DNA of 64,000 nt from an uncultured Verrucomicrobiae bacterium (lineage in GTDB: Bacteria > Verrucomicrobiota > Verrucomicrobiia > Chthoniobacterales > UBA10450), in contig CAVSDR010000003.1 in NCBI GenBank assembly GCA_963726745.1, positions 1,056,001-1,120,000 of the forward strand, written 5' to 3'. Shown here piece after piece: positions 58,732-64,000 of this stretch. Below the pieces are notes generated by a model. That model was not told the origin of the DNA. It saw nothing but the letters and a program-made list of their open reading frames with translations, and searched no databases. Made by a program: the position numbers and the translations under genes. Each line of letters starts with the position of its first letter. The first letter of the stretch is position 1.

Positions 58732-59660
58732 CGATGCGCTGGAACCGCAAAGACCTGCTCGGCATCCGCGAGCTCTCCGCGGAGGAGATCACTTTCGTGC
58801 TCGATACCGCCGATGCCTTCAAGCAAGTGGGCACGCGCGAGGTCAAGAAAGTGCCGGCGCTGCGCGGGAAGACGCTGGTTAATTTTTTCGTCGAGCCGAG
58901 CACGCGCACCCGCACTTCTTTCGAACTCGCGGCCACGCGCCTGAGCGCGGATGTGATCAACATCTCGGCCACGAGCAGCAGCCTAACGAAAGGTGAAACC
59001 CTCAAGGACACGGCCAAGGTGCTCGAGGCTTACCATGCGGATCTCATTGTCCTGCGGCACAGCTCCGCAGGCGCCGCGCAGTTTCTCGGTGAACGCCTGC
59101 GCTCGAGCGTGATCAACGCCGGCGATGGCGCGCACGAGCATCCCACACAGGCGCTGCTCGACCTTTACACCATCCGCGAACGCCGCGGCCGCATCGCGGG
59201 ATTACACGTCGCGATCGTGGGCGACATCCTCTTCAGCCGCGTGGCCCGTTCGAACATCTTCGCCCTGCTCAAGCTCGGCGCGCGCGTCACCCTGGTCGGC
59301 CCGAGCACGCTCGTGCCGCGCGTTTTCGAGCGCCTCGGCGTCACCGTCTCGCACTCGCTCGATGACATCCTGCCGACGGTCGATGTGATCAATCTCCTGC
59401 GCATTCAGCATGAGCGGCAGCGGAAGGAATACTTCCCCGGCCTGGGCGAATACATCCGGCTTTTTGGCCTAACGAAGCGTCGCGCGGAGCGTCTCCCGCC
59501 CGAGTGCTTGATCATGCATCCCGGCCCGATCAACCGCGGCGTGGAAATAGACAGCGACCTGGCCGATGGCGCGCAAAGCGTCATCCTCGACCAGGTGACC
59601 AATGGCCTGGCCGTGCGCATGGCCGTGCTCTATCTCTGCGGCGGCATTTCCACCCGATGA
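58728..59660 (+). CDS. pyrB: Aspartate carbamoyltransferase catalytic subunit
   Basis: [39 protein letters not shown]. Confidence 0.97.
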   Translation: MTMRWNRKDLLGIRELSAEEITFVLDTADAFKQVGTREVKKVPALRGKTLVNFFVEPSTRTRTSFELAATRLSADVINISATSSSLTKGETLKDTAKVLEAYHADLIVLRHSSAGAAQFLGERLRSSVINAGDGAHEHPTQALLDLYTIRERRGRIAGLHVAIVGDILFSRVARSNIFALLKLGARVTLVGPSTLVPRVFERLGVTVSHSLDDILPTVDVINLLRIQHERQRKEYFPGLGEYIRLFGLTKRRAERLPPECLIMHPGPINRGVEIDSDLADGAQSVILDQVTNGLAVRMAVLYLCGGISTR

Positions 59661-60925
59661 AAACTCTCCTGCGCAACGGCCGCATCATCGACCCGGCGAA
59701 CGGCCGGGATGAGATCGGCGACCTCCTGCTGGTCGATGGCAGGATCGGTGACGGCGATCCCGCGGGCGCGGAAGTGATCGAGGCCACGGGGCTGGTCGTC
59801 GCCCCGGGCTTGATCGACATCCATGTGCATTTCCGCGAGCCGGGCTTCGGCTGGAAGGAAACGATCGAATCCGGCGCGCGCGCGGCGGCGGCGGGCGGTT
59901 TCACCACCGTCGTCTGCATGCCGAACACCTCGCCTGTGGCCGACAGCCCGGCGACGATCGCGTGGATCAGGGATCGTGCCGCGGAGGTCGCATGCGTGAA
60001 TGTTTTGCCCTCCGGCGCGATCACGAAAAATCTCGCCGGCGAAGAGCTCGCACCGCTCGGCGCGCTCGCGCAGGCGGGGGTGGTCGCGCTCACGGATGAC
60101 GGCCATTGCGTGCAGAATAACGAGCTTATGCGCCGCGCGGTGGAGTATGCCCGCATGGTCGGCCTGCCGCTGCTGGATCATTGCCAGGATTACCAACTCG
60201 TCGGCGATGGGGTGGTGCATGAAGGCTATTGGAGCACGCTCCTGGGCCTGCCTGGCTGGCCGGCGGCAGGCGAGGAAATGATCGTCGCGCGCAACATCTT
60301 GCTGGCTGAACTCTGCGATCATCAGATCCATTGCCAGCACATCAGCGCCGCGGGAAGCGTGCGATTATTGCGCGAAGCGCGCGCCCGCGGGGTCAAGATC
60401 AGCGGCGAAGTTTGCCCGCACCATCTGGCGTTGACTGACGAAGCGATCCAGAACTTCGACACGAATTACAAAATGAATCCGCCGCTGCGGACGCGCGCGG
60501 ACATCGAGGCGCTGCTCGCGGGTTTGGCCGATGGCACGCTCGACATCCTCGCGAGCGACCATGCGCCGCACGCGAAATTTGAAAAGGAGCGCGAGTTCGA
60601 CCAGGCGCCCTTCGGCATTCTCGGCCTGGAGACGGAGCTGGGGCTTTTCCTCGACTTGCTGGTGCACAAAACCAGGACGCTCGAGCTGCCGCAAGTGATC
60701 GCCATGTTGACGGCTAATCCGGCGCGCCTTTTGAAATTAGCCAGCGGGACGTTAAGCCCCGGCGCGGTCGCCGATGTGACCCTGATCGATCCCGAGCTCG
60801 AGTGGACCGTGGACGCCGGGGAATCAGCCAGCCTCTCGTGCAACACGCCTTTCCACGGCTGGCAGCTCAAGGGCCGCGCGGTGCGCACGATCGTCGCCGG
60901 GAAGACGGTCTGGGAATTGCCCTAG
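59657..60925 (+). CDS. pyrC: Dihydroorotase
   Basis: [42 protein letters not shown]. Confidence 0.95.
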   Translation: MKTLLRNGRIIDPANGRDEIGDLLLVDGRIGDGDPAGAEVIEATGLVVAPGLIDIHVHFREPGFGWKETIESGARAAAAGGFTTVVCMPNTSPVADSPATIAWIRDRAAEVACVNVLPSGAITKNLAGEELAPLGALAQAGVVALTDDGHCVQNNELMRRAVEYARMVGLPLLDHCQDYQLVGDGVVHEGYWSTLLGLPGWPAAGEEMIVARNILLAELCDHQIHCQHISAAGSVRLLREARARGVKISGEVCPHHLALTDEAIQNFDTNYKMNPPLRTRADIEALLAGLADGTLDILASDHAPHAKFEKEREFDQAPFGILGLETELGLFLDLLVHKTRTLELPQVIAMLTANPARLLKLASGTLSPGAVADVTLIDPELEWTVDAGESASLSCNTPFHGWQLKGRAVRTIVAGKTVWELP

Positions 60926-60947
60926 GCCGCGCGTGACCTTCGCGGGC

Positions 60948-61027
60948 AAAAAAAAGCGCGACCATCGCTGGTCGCGCTGCGGAAGCTAAGGAGATGTTAG
61001 TTTTAGTTGGTGACTCCCAGTTCGCAG
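60948..61027 (-). ncRNA. Candidate sigma54-dependent small RNA, copy 1
   Basis: CUGCGAACUGGGAGUCACCAACUAAAACUAACAUCUCCUUAGCUUCCGCAGCGCGACCA-GCGA-UGGUCGCGCUUUUUUUU; near-identical to copy 2; own promoter and terminator. Confidence 0.75.
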
Positions 61028-61037
61028 GTTCTTCTTT

Positions 61038-61053
61038 AGCAATGGCGGTGCCA
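61038..61053 (-). promoter_or_regulatory. Sigma54 -24/-12 promoter of sRNA copy 1
   Basis: Minus strand TGGCAC-CGCCA-TTGCT, a full consensus match. Confidence 0.85.
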
Positions 61054-61117
61054 CGGCCGCGGCTGCGGGAATCTTTTTCGATAAAACTGTCAACGCCCTC
61101 AGCTTCGATTCCTTGGT

Positions 61118-61297
61118 ATGGACTCAAGCAATAAAGACAAAGCCGAAGGCAAGTTCGACCAGGCCGCCGGCGCGGTGAAGCAGAAGGCCGGTGAGCTGAC
61201 CGGCAACAAGGAGCTCGAAGCCAAAGGCGCCGCGCAGAATGTGGCCGGCCACGTCGAGGAGAAGACGGGCGACGTGAAGAAAGTCTTCGGCAAATAA
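61118..61297 (+). CDS. CsbD family general stress protein
   Basis: 59 aa, below the track cut-off: MDSSNKDKAEGKFDQAAGAVKQKAGELTGNKELEAKGAAQNVAGHVEEKTGDVKKVFGK. Confidence 0.9.
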   Translation: MDSSNKDKAEGKFDQAAGAVKQKAGELTGNKELEAKGAAQNVAGHVEEKTGDVKKVFGK

Positions 61298-61309
61298 CCG
61301 ATAAAATAA

Positions 61310-61343
61310 GAAGCGCTGCGTCCCATCCGGAACGCAGCGCTTC
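61310..61343. terminator. Hairpin between convergent genes, likely bidirectional terminator
   Basis: gaagcgctgcgt...acgcagcgcttc inverted repeat. Confidence 0.7.
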
Positions 61344-61368
61344 GCTTCTCTAGCAGCGGAGCGTGGGT

Positions 61369-62613
61369 CTACTCCTCGCCGCCGTCGTCGTCGCTTCCAC
61401 CGTCATCGCCGCCGTCGTCACCGCCATCATCATCCCCACCCTCGTCGTCACTGCCGCCATCATCGTCGTCTTCGCCGTCTCCGTCGAAGTCCTGGCCGTC
61501 ATCGTCCGAATCGTCCTCCATGCTCTCCTCGTCCGCGCTGTCGTCTGATTCCACGGATTCATCGCTGTCCTCTTCGACCGCCACTTCTTCCTGCTCTTCC
61601 GCGCTCATTTCGAAGGATTCGGTCTCGGCAAAGCTTTCCTCCGCTTCCATTTCCTCGGTGCTGATCTCCTCGGAGATTTCGATGTCCTCGCTTACTTCGA
61701 GTTCCACCGCGGTTTCCGTTTCGCTCCACTCATAGCTTTCCTCGGTGGTGAACTCGGTGGAAGTCGACTCCCACTCGCTGGTGTAAGTGGAAACTTCGAT
61801 CCACTCGCTGCGGTCGGCGCTGTTGACGTAATAATCGTAGCCGTAAAGCATGCCCTCGATCTCATCGATGAGGTAAAGCGTGGAAGTAAGTGCCGCCACG
61901 GTGAAGGGCGCGTCCACGATCCGACGCGCATCGTGCTTCATTTTCTTGATGCCCTTCAGCAGCGCCTTGTCCTTGCCCGCTTTCTTTTCCATCTGGTCGA
62001 GCTTCGCGATCAGCGCCTTTTGCTGCGCCTTCAGCTTCTCAAACTCGGCTTTTTCCTTGGCGCTTAACTCGCCGCCTTTTTTCCGGCGCGCTGCTTCCTT
62101 CGAGTAATCCGTCCGCAGGACGGCGAGCGCGTGGCCCATCTTCTTGCTCGCCTCGACCACCTTCTTGTTCTTCGAATCGGTCAGCTCCCAGGCAATGGCC
62201 ATTTGCTTGTCCGCGGTGCGCGCGTCGCTGATCCCGAGGAAGAAATCGTTGCTCTTTGCCTCGAGGCCTTTTTGCGCGCGATCAATCGCCTTGGAAACCT
62301 TTTGCACCGACTTCCAGAACGGCTTGTTCTTCGCCGTTTTCGGATCGAGCCCCTGGTCGGCGCGGGCTTCTTTGATCATAAGAGCCAGCGCTTTGTTCGC
62401 CTTGGTCAGGAGTTCCCTGGCATTCGCTTTCTTGCCGCTGAGCTTCTTCTCCTTCTTCCCTTTCTTGTGCGTCTTTTTCGCTTCGCCGCTCTTGGCTTTC
62501 GCTTCGGCGGCCGCGCCGTGGGCGGTTAGGATAAGGCTGCGTTCCATTCCGAACCCGATGAGCACGGAGCACAGGGCGAGTCGGACCAATAAATTCGATT
62601 TTCGTTTGAGCAT
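61369..62613 (-). CDS. Hypothetical exported protein: Lys-rich helical N-half and long Asp/Glu-rich tail
   Basis: ATG at 62613; hydrophobic N-terminal segment; two similar helical blocks; tail ends in GGDD repeats. Confidence 0.8.
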   Translation of the reverse strand: MLKRKSNLLVRLALCSVLIGFGMERSLILTAHGAAAEAKAKSGEAKKTHKKGKKEKKLSGKKANARELLTKANKALALMIKEARADQGLDPKTAKNKPFWKSVQKVSKAIDRAQKGLEAKSNDFFLGISDARTADKQMAIAWELTDSKNKKVVEASKKMGHALAVLRTDYSKEAARRKKGGELSAKEKAEFEKLKAQQKALIAKLDQMEKKAGKDKALLKGIKKMKHDARRIVDAPFTVAALTSTLYLIDEIEGMLYGYDYYVNSADRSEWIEVSTYTSEWESTSTEFTTEESYEWSETETAVELEVSEDIEISEEISTEEMEAEESFAETESFEMSAEEQEEVAVEEDSDESVESDDSADEESMEDDSDDDGQDFDGDGEDDDDGGSDDEGGDDDGGDDGGDDGGSDDDGGEE

Positions 62614-62678
62614 GCGCGGCCCACCGTAGCAGACGGGACGCGGTTTACTGCATAATTCGCCGGGCGATGCTCCCGGGC

Positions 62679-62759
62679 AAAAAATAAGCGCGACCATCAC
62701 TGGTCGCGCTGCGGAAGCTAAGGAGATAAGTTAGATAGTTGGTGACTCCCAGTTCGCAG
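62679..62759 (-). ncRNA. Candidate sigma54-dependent small RNA, copy 2
   Basis: CUGCGAACUGGGAGUCACCAACUAUCUAACUUAUCUCCUUAGCUUCCGCAGCGCGACCA-GUGA-UGGUCGCGCUUAUUUUUU. Confidence 0.75.
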
Positions 62760-62769
62760 CTCTTCTTAT

Positions 62770-62785
62770 AGCAGCCACGGTGCCA
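62770..62785 (-). promoter_or_regulatory. Sigma54 -24/-12 promoter of sRNA copy 2
   Basis: Minus strand TGGCAC-CGTGG-CTGCT; same 12-nt distance to the conserved RNA start as in copy 1. Confidence 0.8.
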
Positions 62786-62809
62786 CGGCTTCCGAACCGC
62801 GAGAAAAAA

Positions 62810-64000
62810 CTACGTCTTGCCGGCAAAACTTTCCCACTCGGCGGTCACGCGTTCGAGTTCGGCCGCCACCCCGAGAAGCTCGCGGTTTAACTCCATCGCG
62901 TTTCCTCCGGCGTCGTAGGTTTCCGGCTTTTCCAACTGGGCGGTTAGTTCTTTCTGCCGGCCCTCCAGGGAAAGGATATGCATCTCGAGCTCGCGCGCTT
63001 TTTGTTCGTGCTCGCGCCTGGCTTTCGCTTCGGCCTTGCGCTGCTCGGCCTCGGCCCGGCGCAGTTGTTTCACTTCGCGCAGGCTCAGGTTTTCCGTCGA
63101 AGCGCTCGCCGCGGGTGCTTTCGGCGCGGTCGTCGGTTGCGCATTGCTCAAGGTCGTTCCGCTGGTCAGCGCGGCGCGCGCGGAAGTGGCGCGGGATTTA
63201 TCGAGGTAATAATCGTAGTCGCCCGCGTAGGGCGTGAGCTGGCCGGCGCTGATGTGCAGGACGCTCTTCGCGACGGCGCGGATGAAATAAACGTCGTGGC
63301 TGATGAAAATGAGCGTGCCTTCGTATTGCGCGAGCGCGCCGACGAGGGCGTCGATGCTGCCGATGTCGAGGTGCGTCGTCGGCTCGTCCATCAAGAGGAG
63401 GTTCGGCGGATCCAGCAGCAACTTCACCAGGGCGAGGCGCGTCTTTTCGCCGCCGCTGAGGACGGCGGTCGTTTTGAAAACGTCGTCTCCGCGGAAAAGG
63501 AAGGAGCCGAGGACGGTGCGCGCGGTTTGTTCCGAGACCGGGTTCGGCATGTCGCGCGCGGTGTCGAGCACGGTCATCATCGGCTGCAGCATCTCCACGC
63601 GGTGCTGCGCGAAGTAGCCGATCTTGACGTTGTGCCCGGGCTCGCGCGTCCCGCTTTGCACCGGGAGAACGCCGGCGAGGAGCTTGAGCAAAGTCGATTT
63701 GCCGGCGCCATTCGGGCCGACGAGGACGGTGCGCTGTCCGCGTTCAGCCTCGAAGTCTAACGACTCGTAAACCACGTGCTCGCCGTAGGCGTGGCGCACG
63801 TTCTCGAGCTTGATCACGCGATGCCCGCTGCGCGGCGGCTGCGGGAAGTGAAAGTGAACCGTCTTCTCGCGCGAGACCGGCGCCTCGATCTTCTCCATCC
63901 GGTCGATTTGCTTCAGTTTGCTTTGCGCCTGCGACGCTTTGCTTGCCTTCGCGCGGAACCGATCGGCGAAGGCCTGGAGCGATTGGATTTCCTTCTGCTG
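62810..64000 (-). CDS. ABC-F family ATPase (5' part outside window)
   Basis: DRFRAKASKASQAQSKLKQI linker, GPNGAGKSTLLK, LSGGEKTRL, MDEPTTHLD, ISHD; C-terminal coiled coil. Confidence 0.93.
   Translation of the reverse strand, partial: QQKEIQSLQAFADRFRAKASKASQAQSKLKQIDRMEKIEAPVSREKTVHFHFPQPPRSGHRVIKLENVRHAYGEHVVYESLDFEAERGQRTVLVGPNGAGKSTLLKLLAGVLPVQSGTREPGHNVKIGYFAQHRVEMLQPMMTVLDTARDMPNPVSEQTARTVLGSFLFRGDDVFKTTAVLSGGEKTRLALVKLLLDPPNLLLMDEPTTHLDIGSIDALVGALAQYEGTLIFISHDVYFIRAVAKSVLHISAGQLTPYAGDYDYYLDKSRATSARAALTSGTTLSNAQPTTAPKAPAASASTENLSLREVKQLRRAEAEQRKAEAKARREHEQKARELEMHILSLEGRQKELTAQLEKPETYDAGGNAMELNRELLGVAAELERVTAEWESFAGKT

Noticed and set aside
58167..59660. 497-aa PyrR-PyrB fusion
   Set aside because: Caused by a frameshift near 58370; the PyrR C-half is intact in another frame and ends at 58731.
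60988..61060. Plus-strand peptide starting AAGGAG-ATG inside repeat copy 1
   Set aside because: No spacing between SD and ATG, copy 2 has ATA at that position, and promoter and terminator polarity point to the minus strand.
60948..62785. The two repeats as CRISPR repeats, IS ends or CsrB/RsmY-type RNAs
   Set aside because: Only two copies 1.7 kb apart, no spacers, cas or transposase genes; a single GGA motif that is paired in a stem rather than shown in several loops.

Overview
GC-rich bacterial chromosomal window. Gene content (PEP-CTERM protein, TPR-ExbB-ExbD-ExbD cluster, short RpoZ, putative porin) suggests Verrucomicrobiota, probably Chthoniobacterales; this is an inference. Mostly housekeeping genes: liv ABC transporter, MurU/AmgK-like pair, Prc protease, dnaK-groES-groEL, rpoZ, peptidases, fasciclin-ECF sigma-anti-sigma, a complete phosphate island with Pho boxes, thyA, mrp, pyrR-pyrB-pyrC and an ABC-F ATPase. 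About 14 apparent single-base frameshifts are most simply explained as uncorrected long-read indels. I saw no tRNA, rRNA, CRISPR array or transposase. Most interesting signals: (1) two near-identical ~80-nt non-coding units (60948-61027 and 62679-62759, minus strand), each with a sigma54 -24/-12 promoter, a long hairpin with an A/C-rich loop and a GNRA-capped terminator, i.e. candidate twin sigma54-dependent sRNAs; (2) an uncharacterised, tightly packed four-gene operon (5709-8146) of signal-less Ig-like/Cys-rich proteins plus a KE(V/L/I)P repeat protein; (3) the 9-mer CTCGTTAGG, seen 13 times, mostly in coding orientation and forcing rare codons; (4) an unannotated 32-aa membrane peptide behind a sigma54 promoter; (5) a PyrR-binding hairpin that covers the pyrR ribosome-binding site. 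All counts and coordinates were read by eye.
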